64,000 nt of DNA from Takakia lepidozioides (taxonomy: Eukaryota; Plantae; Bryophyta): the NCBI GenBank assembly GCA_030704615.1, contig CM060732.1, positions 54,622,001 through 54,686,000 of the forward strand, in the 5' to 3' direction. Each line of letters begins with the position of its first letter. Within the stretch, counting starts at the first letter, position 1. Below are positions 1 through 13,800 of the stretch, piece after piece. Made by a program: the position numbers and the translations under genes. The notes below the pieces were generated by a model, which saw nothing but the letters and a program-made list of their open reading frames with translations, did not search any database and had not been told where the DNA came from.

Positions 1-1090
1 TCATCCGAGTTTTCCAGATATCCTCTAGGAATCCCTTTACACAAGCACCAATCTGCTGTGTGTGATTTGCCCAATAACTAGGCCCCAAAAGGGCCTGGGC
101 TTTTGGCTTAGCCTTGAGATTTTCAAAGTTGGTAAATACAGGAACAAATCTCTTGATGGAAGAGGGTGTTTCTCTGGTGAGAGTACCCAGGACAATGAAT
201 CAGAAAATGGATATTGTCTTCAGGTTGCCCACACAATAGGCATTTGCAATCCCCCTTTCCTCTCTGCATCTGTTTGCTGTTCAAAGGTAGGCTTCCTGCC
301 CTGAGTTTAAATTTCAGTCTAGTGCCGCGAGTGGTTAAACCCCTGAGGTCATCCATGATGGCCTCACCCATGTCACAGACTGGAAACAAGTTCAGGGAAG
401 TTTTCTGCCGAACTTCATCGCATGCAGAGAGAGAGGGATGGGTGGTAGCTCAAGAAGGTGGTAACGAAAGGATTCTTAGGTGTTGCTGTAAGCTTTGAAA
501 TCATAGTGAGCCTGTAGGTGTTTTGTGTCAGGCTGGTGGCGATGAAGGTAGGGGGGCATGGATGGAAAGTACCTGTACACTTGCAAGACAGTAATTACCG
601 TGATGTGGATCCTCTTGATTCTGACTTCGGCATTGTCATCCCCCCTCCCGCGGATGGTGAGTTAACCATTTGTCTAGGATTGGTCATGTTTATTTGCCTA
701 TGTTTGGGCCATGGTTCTCTGGTAGATCTGACAGGTTCTACTTGGGAGTGAATTGTACGAAGGTGTAGCACACTCTTGAAGGTAGTAGGAATGATTTATT
801 CCTACATCTTGTAGACTTGCAAGCAGGTAGGCTGCTCTCCATTTCTCCAGTTAGGACGTACGACACTTGTTAGTAAGGTAGGTAGGATGAGTTTGAATTG
901 AACTTTCCGGGGAGGTGTAGGTAGGTGTTTCCATTGCTCTAGCTGAGACACAATTTGCTTATATGGTAATGAGGGAAAGGGTTTTTCCATAACCCTGGAG
1001 CCACACCCGGGGCTTGTAGTGGCAAGCTGCAACACCAAGATGCTGCCCTGGCCTATAAAATTTTAAAAACCTGCTTGCCAAGGAACTTGC
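1..1090 (-). mobile_element. Degenerate 3' part of a non-LTR retrotransposon (LINE, RTE/RTEX-like C-terminal CCHC region), running off the window edge
   Basis: ORF 123..389(-) RLKFKLRAGSLPLN...CLLCGQPEDNIHFLIHCP has the LINE ORF2 C-terminal Cx2Cx7Hx4C motif. It is clearly homologous to the copy at 5397-5940. The upstream boundary is approximate. Confidence 0.6.
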
Positions 1091-1373
1091 TCACAGTCTT
1101 GTGGTTCCAGATGTTCTGGTAGGCTATGTAGTACATGGGCAGGATCCAGCAAGTGTGCATCGTTTGACATTATGAAAGTGGGGAGTCTGTTGTATTCTAG
1201 GCTCTCTTATTGTTGTGTCGGTGGAAGCAGGCTATGAAGTGAATTCACCCGTCACACTTAGAATAAGAAATCTGTTTTGTACCTGTGTCCAAGGGCTGGG
1301 ATTCTCTTGTGTCATTTTTTGATACGTTCAAGGGTAGATTCAACCAGCTGAAACTACTTGGGTCCTTCCAGTC

Positions 1374-4300
1374 ATGTGTGACCGAGCCTTGCAATTGGAG
1401 AAGCAGCAAGAGAGAGTATTCTCGTGGACCTCTGAGAGGCTGAAGCTGCTAGATGGCCTACTTGACCAAGTGTACAGAGTGTTACAACCCACTAAAGAGC
1501 AATGCGATGCTCGCCGCCTTGTCATCCAGTTTGTTGACAACTTTGTTAGACAAAAGATACCTGGTGAGTTGAGAGGTAGTTGATGGTTCTTTGCAAGTCT
1601 TCAATTTGAAGGTCCATTTTCAAATTCAGTATATGTCGTTATTTTCCTATCATGTTGCAACTGTTGTCTTGTTTGTATGTGGAGCTCCTGTGCCTGGAGA
1701 GTGGCCATGCAATGCACTTGCATGCACCTTGGAATGCATCCAGGTTGTAATTGCACATTCCTTTGTTGGCTTCTTAACGGAGCTACACAGAGCCACATAG
1801 AGAGAATGTACTCATAAGACGTTGTTTGCCGTAGCCTTGTGGCCATAGACCCTCTGCCCGGTTTGAGCGGAGCTCGAGAGAGGGAGAGAGAGAAAAGCTC
1901 ACAGTAGATTTTTTGCTGGGAGAGGAAAAATCTGTGATGCTGACTGCAGTCTTTCAGTAGTTCTTATGCACTAACTTTGCACCAGTTCTTTGGTGAAGAG
2001 ATTACAAAAGACTCTGGCATGCAGGGAGCAGCATCAGTGTTTTTGGATCGTTTGTAATGGACTTGTTCACAGCCTCCAGTGACCTTGACCTCTCTTTAAA
2101 TGTGGGCGACATGCCCGTTGATCGCTCTCGCGGTGATAAAATTTCCTATCTCCGGAAGCTGACTCGGGCACTCCAAGGTCTTCAAAAAGGTATTATCTTC
2201 CTGCTCATTAGCAGTAGTGACACACCACCACTTGGCCAAATTATTTGTGTAGTGTTGATATGGTTGACTAGGCTCTCACATTGACATGGTGAATGTGCTA
2301 GGGCTTAGGATTTGCATGATAACCATTAAGGGAGGTACAGTGAGCTGGAAGATGTAGTTAGTGCTTGTGGGTGCTCATTGTATGGAAAACCTCCAAACAG
2401 TGCAAACTTGGATATATAAGCAATGTGTATTGACTGTTCTTTCACTCTGCTGGGGAAATTGGTAATACCACTCACAGTGGAATTCTCCCTTGTGAGGGCA
2501 CCGTATGTTTGATTTGACGAGTGTTGAAGGACATGATAGTATATTGGGCTTGGTTGGGCATAACTGAGTATCAGGCCTATTTGTCACAGGCAAAAATGGA
2601 GCACAGAGGAATACAGTGCGTAAGGTAGAGCCGGTCATGCGAGCAGCAGTTCCTGTCGTAAAATTTGTGGAGGGCAGCACAAACATTGAGTGCGACGTGT
2701 CTATGGAAAATAGGGATGGGATTTTGAAATCGGAGCTGCTTGGCATTTTTTCTTTGATTGACCCCAGGTTCCGGCAGCTCTGCTTCTTGGTCAGTCCCCT
2801 TTAAAGAGACTGAAAAGCCCCTTAACTTTCCTCAAGAAATTGTGAGAGCCTGAACCATGCTTCGCCCCCAGCTCTGAAACAACAGATGTAAATTGACAAC
2901 TGTATCCCTGAAATCAGTAAATCCAGAAGCATTTTCCCAAGTTCAGTATGAGGTTGACTGTGAAAAACCATTTACTATGTAGGTCAGCTTTTATTGTGAT
3001 ACTATCCATTTTCAGATTCCTTGAAAATCTGCAATGCTCTGCTGTATTGATCAGCTTGCCTGAAAGTTGGATCATGGTTCCATGCTTTTGACCTATCTGC
3101 AGCATTTGTTCTTCAAAACCTTCTTGAATACTGGCCTTGGCATATTTGTGCTGTGTGGAATTGCACTTCCTTGCAGGTCTCTCTTTCTGTATCTTTAAAG
3201 AGTTTGATCCGACTCCTTCTCTTGCAAAGAATGTTAACCACTGTTGAAGGGAATGCTACAATCCTAGAATGATGACTATACCCTTCGAAAAGTGTACCCA
3301 GGTACTCGTTCAGTGGGGTTGCAATATTGTAACATGGATGGCAGATGTCTTACAGCTGAAGGCCTGGGCTAAAGCACATCAGATCAACGACTCCAAGAAG
3401 GGCACTCTCAACTCTTTGTCTATCATTCTGCTTGTCGCCTTTCATCTCCAGGTATTCACAGATGATTCCAGAACCTCTTAGTTTGTTATCTGTTAGAGTA
3501 TTGCAACCTTTCTGTTGGTGCCTAGTATTTGAATCTCCTTCAAGGAAAGCAGTTTTAGACAGGTCTCTTAAGTATCAGGGGATGGTGCATCAAAGTTACA
3601 TCCATTATGAATCGACAATTCACACATAGCCGACTACCACAAAGAATGACATCAAACCAGGACACCCACACTTGCCTTGCTGACTGTCTTGACCTAGTGG
3701 CACTCTGGTTCACCTTTTGGTCTTATTCCACCATTTGCTCATTATCTGTTAAATGTTTCCTGACACTGCAGACACGAACGCCACCAATTCTCCCTCCATT
3801 TTCTGTCTTCCTGGAAGGTACACATCACACAAACTCTCTCTGCCCGTTCTGCTCTGTCTGTGTTTGTGTATGTGTCCCCAAAAGGGACGAGTTATGAGGT
3901 CCAATCTGTTGGCTTCAATGTGTCCGTGAACCTGTCGAGGACAGAGCTCATGAGTAGTTGCTGGGCAACGGTGAGGCGGATGGTTACTAAAACCGGATAT
4001 GGTGCTCAAAAGTGAACCAACTGAGGCTTGACTTACATGTACAAGACCTGCAAGGGGTGCCTTGGAGTAACTTTATTACCAGGCTGAAGCCCAAAGATGA
4101 TGGTGTATCTCTGGACAGTTATAAACTCAGGTAGATAGGAGAACTGATGTGCCTCAACGGTGGCATGGTGGTGAGGAAAGTGTGCATGTCCGCGATGTAT
4201 TGCTATCTCTATCCATGCAGGCAAGATGACCTGCTCATGAATATGGAGTGCCTGTCACTTCACCTCTTTTCGCATAGTTCAAGAGTTTTCTAGTCAATAC

Positions 4301-7065
4301 GTTAACATGGACCCTTCTCGGGTCTGAATTCTTGGGTACAATTTCACCTCTGGCCATTGTATTATGTGAAAGCTTGGTAGGTCAGAATTCCATTACTGGA
4401 CTAACCGTCCACTGATTTTGACTCCTTGTTCTCACTCCACCCTTTTGCCGCCCATCTTTTCCTGTCCAAAAAGGACAGATGTAGTCACCTGCAAGGACAA
4501 AATACAGTTGCATCCTTATGAAGGGCAACAGTGATCCTAGGGGAGTGATGCATAGCATGCCTGTAAAAGACTATTTTGAACAAAGCTTTGATCACTTTCA
4601 GCAACCAGTGGCAAGCAAATTCATCTTGGTGAGTGCTTCTCTAGAATAAGAGCCTGGGAACTTGATGAGGCCATCCACCTGGATGCAGTGAAAGGCCTCT
4701 TACTGACATGATAAGGTGTGTTGGGTGACGTAGAGCAGGGTTGCTATTGCAAGCGACAGCCAACTGCATCTCAGCCGTGAGCCAACGTGTGACGTCCTAC
4801 AAGGAACGTGGCTTTGGGAGAGAGAACAATGAGTCCATCACCCAGTTGTTTGGTTCCTTCTTCCTAAAGGTTACCCACGTACTGTGCTTCTACTGTTTCT
4901 CTTCCATTGTATGACGTCCGCCCCCTTAGTTCGCTGCTTCAGCTGGTTGTTGAGTTTGTATATAGTGATGGGAGAGAACCTCACTACCACCCTACTCCTT
5001 TTGACTGATAAGGAGGGAACATGGTGGAGCAGTTGAAAGCAGTGGAGTGTTTGTGGGAGCAAGGCCTTTGTGCAAGCTCATATGAAGGCAAGTGGATCTC
5101 AAAAAAATGGGCAGAAAATCATCTCGGCCGCATGTCCGTAAGTCTTCTATGTTGTTTTACTCAATGATTTTTGTAGGGCGGAAGAGAATGAGAATGTCCA
5201 TGTAGAATGTCTCGCTCTCTGAGAAATGCCTGGCAGCATATCTACATGAGGCTCTCCACCTTAGAGAAACTCCTAGAATATTATTTTTGGACTGATTGCT
5301 TCTTGTATAATGCTTTGTTTCGTCCCATAACCTCTATGAGCTTCCCCTGGATGAAATAAAATTCCTTCTCTCTCTCTCTCTCTCTCTCTCACTCTTCCCT
5401 GAACTTGTTTCCAGTCAGTGACATGGGGGAGGACATCTTGGATGACCTCAAGGGTCTACCCACTCTCCGCACTAGACTGAAATTTAAACTCAGGGCAGGA
5501 AGCCTACCTTTGAACAGCAAACAGAAGCAGAGAGGAAAGGGAGAGTGCAATTGCCCGTTGTGTGGGCAATCTGAAGACAGTATTCATTTTCTGATACACT
5601 GTCCGGGGTTCTCTCACCAAAGAGACGCTCTCTTCAAATCTATCAAGGGAATTGTGCCTGTACCCCTGTTTACCAACTTTGAAAGTCTTGAGGCTGAGCC
5701 AAAAGCCCAGGCCCTCCTGAGGCCTAGTTTTTGGGCAAATCACACACAGCAGATTGATGCTTGTGTGAAGGGATTTCTAGAGGATATCAGAAAACCCAGA
5801 TTAATTCTATATATGAAGGTAAGTCTTACTACCAACGTCAGCCCCTGACAGAGGTAGGTTCTGTCCCTTTTGTTCCCGCTCAAACTGGGCGCGGGGTCAA
5901 TGGCCACAAGGCTACGGCAAACAACGTCTTATGAGTACAATCTCTCACTCTTTGTGAGGCACTTCCGTCTTTGGGTATCTTTTGGTGGTTGTAAAAATGG
6001 TTTCTGTTTTCTACTTCGTCCCATAGGCCGTCAGGGATCTTGTGGAGGTGTTAAAGTTTCTTTCTTTCTTTCAATCTTCCAGTCGTTGGTGGTGACAAGT
6101 GGGCTGTTTTGCAATCCATTATCCCTTTTGATGGTTTCTGAAGGTGGTAATGTCAACAGTTTTCTTGCAGAGTCCTTGTTCTCATGTGTGGTCATAGTGT
6201 GGCCAATATACAGGTTGAAGATTTTGCTGATCGCTCACAAAACTGTGCACGATCTGTGAGAGAAAGGGAGTTTGACATCATTCATGATTGCTTTCGTGAG
6301 ACAGTGCTGCAGCTCCAGCGCCCAGTCACTACTGCCTCCCAGGTAGCTGAGCTACAAGCTACCCTATTCTCATGGAAGTCCTTCAAAAGACCTTCAGAAG
6401 AGCCGCTTCTACAACCTGTGGAGAAGCAAGCGAAGCTGAGCAATGGATGGGGCAGCCCTAGGAATGGAACTGTCTCACAACCACCCAGTTGGGACTATAT
6501 GCCCAGCATGTCCATGGCCAGGGTGACACATGGCAGCGCACAACACAACAGATTAGGGTACACCAGCTTTGATCAGGGCCTGGGATTTGGGGTGTCAAGT
6601 GGTGATGCTCCATATTTTGGTAATTGGGATACAAGTTTTGCAGCATATAGGGACAACTACCAGGGAGCCAGCACTGGCTTGGGTCCAGCAGTGAGGGTAG
6701 GCCCAGTGGGACGTCAGGGGGTGCAAGGGGGGCATGGACTCATACATGGTGTGCAACGAGTGAGTTTGTTGGGACCTCCCCCAGTTGATGATAGATCTCC
6801 TACTCCGTATCTTCCTCATTCAGATGAGACCCAACCATACCAGGCATCTACAAGATGGGATGCCCCGGGTTTTGTGGTAAGGTCTAATGGTTATCCCCCA
6901 TACTATCCTCCTCCCTCTCAATTCTATGCTTCCCCACCTCTTTCGTACAGGCCAGATGTTGTGGATGCTGTATCCACTCTTCAATGGCAAAGAAGTAACG
7001 GACGTTTCGATCAAACACAAGCAGGCCGACATGGACAGTTCCCACCACGTTTCGATCGTAGATAG
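1374..7065 (+). CDS. HESO1: HESO1-like terminal uridylyltransferase (non-canonical poly(A) polymerase family), 8 coding exons, long low-complexity C-terminal tail
   Basis: Hand-spliced GT-AG exons: 1374-1563, 2025-2189, 2590-2789, 3356-3451, 3772-3817, 4739-4869, 5033-5137, 6214-7065. The product has FGSFVMDLFTASSDLDLS (GS and DxD motifs), AAVPVVKF...IECDVS, LKAWAKAHQINDSKKGTLNSLS, QTRTPPILPP, NNESITQLFGSFF and VEDFADRSQNCARSV. The start codon is uncertain (splice acceptor at ~1338, so upstream exons are possible). Confidence 0.85.
1797..1873 (-). mobile_element. Very short 3'-end fragment of the same LINE family, in a HESO1 intron
   Basis: Its reverse complement ...ATGGCCACAAGGCTACGGCAAACAACGTCTTATGAGTACA-TCTCTC matches 5899-5946 almost exactly. 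It is flanked by GA/CT-rich tracts. Confidence 0.75.
5397..5940 (+). mobile_element. 5'-truncated LINE insertion with a 12-bp TSD at a (CT)n microsatellite, in the last HESO1 intron
   Basis: ORF 5405..5848 has CPLCGQSEDSIHFLIHCP. TCTCTCACTCTT is duplicated at 5385-5396 and 5941-5952, and a (CT)n tract lies at ~5367-5390. Confidence 0.8.
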
Positions 7066-8583
7066 AGCAGCATGGTTCGGATGTTCCTGAATCTAGCTGT
7101 AAGAGGCTCAGCAACTATGTAGCCCTCACAGCAGTTGGAGGAGGTCGTGTTCATTGCAAAGCCGGGCTGCAGGTTTGACTTGGACACTATGCAATCTTGT
7201 AAAAGTACGGTAGCTTATGTCAGTCAAGTGGAAAAATGAGCACCCATGTGTTGCATTGTACCATGTAGATGAGGTTTGTGTCGCAATATCCAGGTATTTA
7301 TCTCCAGTATTACTATACAGGAAATAAGATCTTGGAATCATCACAGTAGCCATGAAGAGCTTGAAAAGTCTTGGGGATATTTGAAGTATAGGGATGCCTT
7401 CGATTTACAGGCAGGACAAAGGACCTGCTTGTTGCAAACTTATTTTTGCAGAGTGTCTCAGGACATAAGCCTTGCAGCAATTCACATTTTGCAAATAAAG
7501 TGCAAAAGTTGTTGGATACTTAAGTGCAAGTATTTTAATGAACCCAAGTTGTGACTTGTCTGCACTGATATTGAATTGATGAGCTTGTGTCTTTCTTTCT
7601 CATGTAGGATTCACTGTTGCCAGATGACAATATAGTGTTTATCTGTGAAGGTGCTTGTACCCTTGGTTGATGTAGCCTCAGACAATTTTGTCTGTGCAGC
7701 AGTCCACCTCTGGTTGCTCCCACTGCAGGCATCCATGAATACTTCAAGGCTAGTGCAGTTCAATACCAACTCAGCTAACTTAAATTGAGTGTGAGACAAC
7801 ACTACCTACTCTCTATCGCCACCGGAAAAAACAATTCGACCTTCTAAACATCCGCAGTCCCTACTATCTTCAACCCTGGAACCTGAAAATCAATAAGATG
7901 TGGTCCACCAATATTTTGTTGGCTACATTTATGATCATATTGAGTTCCAAAGCAGATTTAGATGATGTATGAAGGTGAGTGCATATTCAACCTTAAAAGC
8001 ATGCCAAACAGTAGTTGCCCCACTCAATTTTTAAGCATCTAGGCTGGTCAGTGGTATTGGCTGAAAGGATCTTCAAGAAATATGTTGGAACACCGGGAAT
8101 TTGTGAAAAGAATCTTAAACCCTCCCCAGTTCGCATGCTGGGCCACTAAAGAAAAAGAACAGATTGCTAACCAACAAGGTTAATTCTTGCAACAGAAACA
8201 AACCCAATTTCTCATCCCCCATATTGCTGTGATATTCACAGTCATCAACTCAGGGAAGGACAGAAGCACCTGCACTATTCCCAGTAAGACATCCACACAA
8301 TCAAGTTCAGAGTAGCCAAGACCCACAATGGCAAATCCTTTCCTGGTATTGCTTTTCAACAGATCGAAGAAACTTGCGAACCCAGAGAGGAGATTTGGTT
8401 CACATACACAATTGCCTCTTGCCAAGGCTAATATATTAATGGCATGACTATCATACATCTAGCAAAGCTCTATGCCCAGTAAAAACAAGGACTAATTCCT
8501 TGCACTGGAATCTGAGGGTCCATGAGACCTGAGAGGGACCAAGAGAACATAAGGATAGAAGTAGCTCTCGCGTGGTCACATTG

Positions 8584-9426
8584 CTAGTACTCTGGAACCA
8601 GTTGTGAAATCTTGCCCTCTTCAGCAGCAAGGCGCTGCTCTGTAACTCTTAACCATATGCACACAGCTGTGAAGCTCAAAAACAAGCTAAGCATTCCACT
8701 ACCCAAGCCTATTCCCACAATTGCAGCTACGCTTAGGGCATGGGGCTTGCTGGCTGTCACACTCAGAGGGTAGCCAGACAAGCCTCTGTTCCCTTGAAAT
8801 GAGCTAGCATTGAATCGAGGGCCACCACTCGAAGTATTTGATAGGCTTGAGGGAATTATACCAGAGAGGTCATTGTTTGAAACATCAAAACTTTGCAGGG
8901 TTGCCAGTGAACCAAGGTCAGCCGGAATCTGGCCTGTCAGCTTGTTGTTGTGAAGATCTAGAGTATGAAGGTATTTGCAGTTGCCAAATCCAACTGGAAT
9001 TCCCCCTCCCAGGTCATTGAGCGAAAAATTTAGGGTCACAAGATTCTGAAGCTGGACCAACTCAGATGGGATATTCCCAGACAGCTGATTGGAAGAGAGA
9101 TCCAGTGTGGTCAAGTGCCCACATGTTGATAGATTTGATGAGATTGACCCACTAAGCCCAGAATTGCTCATGACAATACCAATGACCCTGCCGCTGCTAC
9201 AAGTGACCCCTGTGGTAAAATTGCTGTTGCATGGAAAACCTGTCGCAGTCCAGTTGGTCAGCAAAGAGTTTGTGCTGTACTTCAGGTCCGCTTTGAATCC
9301 TTGGAGGCATGCGAGGTCGTCGTCATTGTTGGTCTGGCTGCGTGCACCCCCAAGAATGATGGAACCTAACAACATAAGCGTGGCCCACGCTCGAAACCTC
9401 GGACATACCCAGGCTTCCACACTCAT
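8584..9426 (-). CDS. RLP44: LRR receptor-like protein, RLP44/RLP57-like (signal peptide, N-cap, ~4 LRRs, TM, short cytoplasmic tail)
   Basis: 280-aa ORF with a signal peptide, DDLACLQG...NW...C...GVTC cap, plant LRRs ([13 protein letters not shown]), [12 protein letters not shown]-cap, [15 protein letters not shown] and tail [13 protein letters not shown] typical of RLP44. There is a probable 5'-UTR intron at ~9533-10091. Confidence 0.85.
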   Translation of the reverse strand: MSVEAWVCPRFRAWATLMLLGSIILGGARSQTNNDDDLACLQGFKADLKYSTNSLLTNWTATGFPCNSNFTTGVTCSSGRVIGIVMSNSGLSGSISSNLSTCGHLTTLDLSSNQLSGNIPSELVQLQNLVTLNFSLNDLGGGIPVGFGNCKYLHTLDLHNNKLTGQIPADLGSLATLQSFDVSNNDLSGIIPSSLSNTSSGGPRFNASSFQGNRGLSGYPLSVTASKPHALSVAAIVGIGLGSGMLSLFLSFTAVCIWLRVTEQRLAAEEGKISQLVPEY

Positions 9427-12400
9427 TGCTACCGCCCTTGCGTCTCCTTCTCACATTTGCACTTCGTTGTGGATTACACTCGGAAAAGCTCGTATTAAAA
9501 GGGCGGCCACAGATGCAAGCATTCTCTATCCAGCTGGCGAATAGGGAAGGACTCACAACAAAAAGTACTTTAGTAAATATAACCAGTCATCCTCCACCAA
9601 GAGAAACTCTCTTCCTGTCACCCCAACACCCCTGTTTCTCTTGTACGAGAATCGTCCCCGGACGTCCTAACAGTGTGAGGTCTCGTGTCACCTCCTTGTT
9701 GGGAACACTCCTATGTTTCTGCGGCCGTATTTTTATGCTTGCTACCTACGATGCTCGATTCTCTAGGCTATCTACATCCCCCTCGTCTCCCTTATATCAT
9801 GGTCTTGCCCCCTTCCCTCCCTCTCCCCTTCCCTCACAAGAAGCACCAAAAACTCCAGGTCATCCAGGTCATAGGACACGAAAGAACGATGAACAGAAAC
9901 CATGCATACAACCCAAGAGCGCAGACGCCAACCGAGACAGGACAACACCAAGAGAGATCGACGAAAGAGTCAACAACCAAAACAAAAACTACGAAATACC
10001 CAAAAAAGCTTCACCGCAAAACAAACCAAACAGACAGAGTCGCACCAAAATGGAAACCAACCAGATGTAAAACCAGAGGCAACTCGCATACCGTGTCAAG
10101 GCCGTCGGCTGGAGCTGTCCAGTCAAAGATGCGGAGCTGTTGCTGTGAGCTGCCTGCCCCAGGCGTGCATGGCCGCAGAAATTGAGGAATGAATCCCCCA
10201 CAGTCCGAGCTCCTCGCTCGCCATCCTCGTCTCTACACTCCACACTGTAGGGTCCAGTCCGGTCGTCTGCTTCTTCTTCGCTCAATTTTGACCACCTCCC
10301 TTCAACTGACCCTCCTCTCCGCCCCTCCCCTCCTTCCTTCTGCCCACCCCAACCACGGTTACCTGACCCCGGTTAGTCTGCCAGAAATAGAAATCTGATT
10401 TATTAAAAACTTTATTATGGTAAAACTAAACTAAATAATTTTAAATTAAATGTCTCTTGAAATAAAGTAATCATGTAAAGCTAGATTAAGTAGAGTACTT
10501 ACATATTCAAAGCTTGTTAATTACTGAGCGATCATTTAAACGTACATAGATTTGAAATATATAATATAAATCGGAACTTTGTCTTTTTTTTTAAAAAGAG
10601 GGGAATTGTTTTCTGTTTTTTCTGTTTGTTTTTTATTTCTGATTGTTTTTCTATCTTTTTTTCTGTTTCTGAAGAGGGGAAGTAGCAGCTGTCACTAGGG
10701 AACTTTTCCTCTAAATAATTTAAATAATGGTTTTATAAGGGGAAAAGAAAACTTTTATTTATTTATTTATTCTCAAACAGGGGACAGTGGCCGTGAAGAA
10801 ATTTTAGTGATGGAAGATAAAACATAAGGAGGAAAAAAAAAACCCTCCGAGGGGCCGTAAGAGCGAAACGCATGGTAAACTTTTAGAATAGTGAAGTATC
10901 CAGGAATATGCTACTGCGAAATTCAGAAACAATGGATATAGTATATACGGTATACACGGAATATGCTAGAATATTTAGTGTTTTCTCTGATATCTAATTA
11001 ACTAAAGCAATTGAAACCGCCAAAATATAGTACTGGCCAAAAAATTCAAAAAAAAAGTACTGGCTATGTTGGGCGAAACTTCATTCTACGTACGACGGCT
11101 AAATGTTCGTAGCTCCAATTGGGTTAATTCTTCTTCATGTACTAATTATTTTTCTAATACTAATTATTATTTCATTTTAAGACAATCTTAGTTCCGTTGA
11201 TAACACGACGGTGATTAGTGAGTGTAATTAGCTTCGGACTATTTTATTATAAATTTCCAGGCTGTATTTCTAGTTAATTGGACCGGGTCGTGACCCTTTG
11301 ACGGAATCTGAAAGTGACACGTGGCGTTTTGTAAGTGCCTGAAGGTATGTGGATGAATGAAGAACGTCAGCTGAGGATGGATAACTGGGTTTGATTTGAT
11401 TGTAGAATCCCAGGAGAATATAAATTTACATTTATTGGATGGAAAATGGCTGGTTAGCTCATATCTGTTCCGTCAACAATTTATTGGGTCCATTGTTGTC
11501 AGTTCGCCTCCAACAGAATGGACAGATTTCATCCCTTATATACCATACCGAAAACAGATCTGTAAAATAAATATTAAAATGTGTTTTCTAGTTTAGTGCT
11601 TTGGATGATGTTTGTCATCTATTTCTAGTTCTGGATGGATAGAATCAACCAATTGGGAAAACAATTAGACGGATAGTTAATTTAGTTTCAATTATAGTTA
11701 CTATTTTTTCTAAATTTCAATAACGGATTTAAGAGAAAGGTGGTGTGCTAAATTGCTTATAGAGTGATGTGAGCTCCATGGTCTGCGGAGAGGCGGTCTC
11801 TTCATCTCTCTCTATTGATCTCCTCCCTGATTCTTCTAATATTTGTCATCTGTTCAATTTCCTTTTCCTAGTTGTATCCACATGATGAAGAGCTCTTGAA
11901 CGATATATTGTTTTTTATTTCCTCATAAGGTTTCCCCCAATACCTTTCATCACACAATCATCCATTAATCATCCCTTCTTCTTTCATGGTTTCTACCTTT
12001 AACTCGTCTTAGATCGGGCGGCGCCTTAACCTAGGTACTCACACCCCCAGCCGTCCCCAATTTATGGGCTCCGCCCACTCCTTTCTAGGCTGCAATCACC
12101 TTCCTCCTTCCTTCCTAACTGCACCCTGCTCTCTCCCCTCGTGCTCTTTACAGCGCACTCTCTCTCCACATTCTCAGGGTTCACCGGTCAACTCCATACC
12201 TTCTCCTGCTCCAAACCATGGGCCGAGGGAAGCTACGCCATGAGCCTGCTCATGTGAGCCTATGAGCCCAGGCTCACAATTGACCCATTAAGCGCGAGCT
12301 TGGGCGTCACGCTAAGTGGTCAAGAGCATAGAGTGTTGACGTATTACAATTAAGAGGGCCTATATCCGAGGACAAAGACAGACCTATTCCCGCGAGAATA

Positions 12401-12463
12401 CCAGCAGCGACATTTGGAAAATTGAAATCGTATTGGTGCATTCATTATGTGCCTATAATCAAG

Positions 12464-12646
12464 TGTGAGGACTTATATGGGCGTTGACGACCACATGATT
12501 CCTAGACCTCACAAAGCCATGTTATGTTATGATATGTTTTTTTTTCTTGAAATAAATTGAAATTTTTGCTATTTATTGTGTCATTGGAGGACTTGCGGGA
12601 GGTCCACAAATTATGTGGGCGTCAACACCCACATAAGTCCTCACAT
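12464..12646. mobile_element. Small MITE-like inverted-repeat element
   Basis: TGTGAGGACTTATATGGGCGTTGACGACCACAT (from 12464) and ATGTGGGCGTCAACACCCACATAAGTCCTCACA (to 12646) form an imperfect inverted repeat around an AT-rich core. Confidence 0.55.
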
Positions 12647-12789
12647 TAATATTTAAAAAATGGAACCTTGGCCTTCCACCTCGTTTTTACACAACCGTTC
12701 CTTCTCCCCATAGGTCCCCTTACTCTTGTTAGAATTTGTTGCTAGTCATTTGTCTCCTACAAAGACATGAACCCTCTGCCCCACGTCCC

Positions 12790-13800
12790 TCAATCCCTCT
12801 AGCTGGCCACCAGCATGTTTGTTTGGATTTCAGGAAGACCATTGGCAGAGCTCCACTTTGACCCCAAAGAATGGTCATGGGCGTTCTCTAGGACCCTGCA
12901 ACCTTTCTTCACCTATTCTACGGAAAAAATGCTACAAGGCCATCTCTATACACAGCCTTTACAGACCAAATGGGATGCTAGATGGGAACATCATAGATTT
13001 GAAGAGGGGAGAACTAGTCTGTCATTTGGAGCTCCATATGGATCAAAATACGCTCGGCTAAAATTGCAACATTCCTTTGGCAAATAACTAATAGAGTTCT
13101 CAAGGTAGCTAGGAGAATGGTTAGAGTTCAATGATGCTCTCTTATGTGCTGCGCGGCTCTTTTGGGATCATTGAATCAATAGAACGTAGCCTCATTTTCT
13201 GCCACGCCCCAACAAACATTTGGCCTTTCATCAAAGACCTTTACCTACACTGGAACAAATAGAGCCCTATCCACTATCAACCTTCTTCTCAACTATGACA
13301 CTGTCACTAAGAAGACACATCTATCAAATGCCCAATGTTTGAAACCCTCAGGAGCTCCACTCTATGGCACCTTTGGAAGACTAGATGCGTAAAGACATTC
13401 TCGGGTGAAACAATTCCAATCTCTGCTTTGCACTCTCTGGACTTTTATGATCTAGGCACTGAATCAACGAAAGCTTGGGCTAAAATGTTCGCACATCAAA
13501 CGGAAACCGTAGAATGGGGCAGCTATATTGCACGCCACCTTCAGGAATACATGGGGCTGTCATGGGATCATTTGCTCGCAAAACCTCTGCGCCTCGGCCG
13601 AGCTCCTTCCCACCTGCTGGCTGGCGAGGCCTCCGCTCCACCATCCAAAGCCTCCCCCGAGTTTGATCGTGAAATTAATTGGAAACACCTTAAGACTTCC
13701 ACAAAAGCCTCACGGATTCGATTAGATGACATAACTCAGCTACCTCAGGTCAATGGATAATGATTATGGGAGTTGGCAATACGTTTATGGTTCTTCTTCA
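12790..13800 (+). mobile_element. Degenerate L1-type LINE 3' fragment (zf-RVT region)
   Basis: Fragments WISGRPLAELHFDPKEWSW and FETLRSSTLWHLWKTRC (plant L1 WxLWKxRN-like motif), with stops and frameshifts. Confidence 0.55.

Noticed and set aside
9089-10398. Several long plus-strand ORFs (e.g. 9426..10070, 214 aa)
   Set aside because: They are antisense to the RLP CDS and its T-rich 5'-UTR intron, are compositionally biased, and have no recognisable motifs.
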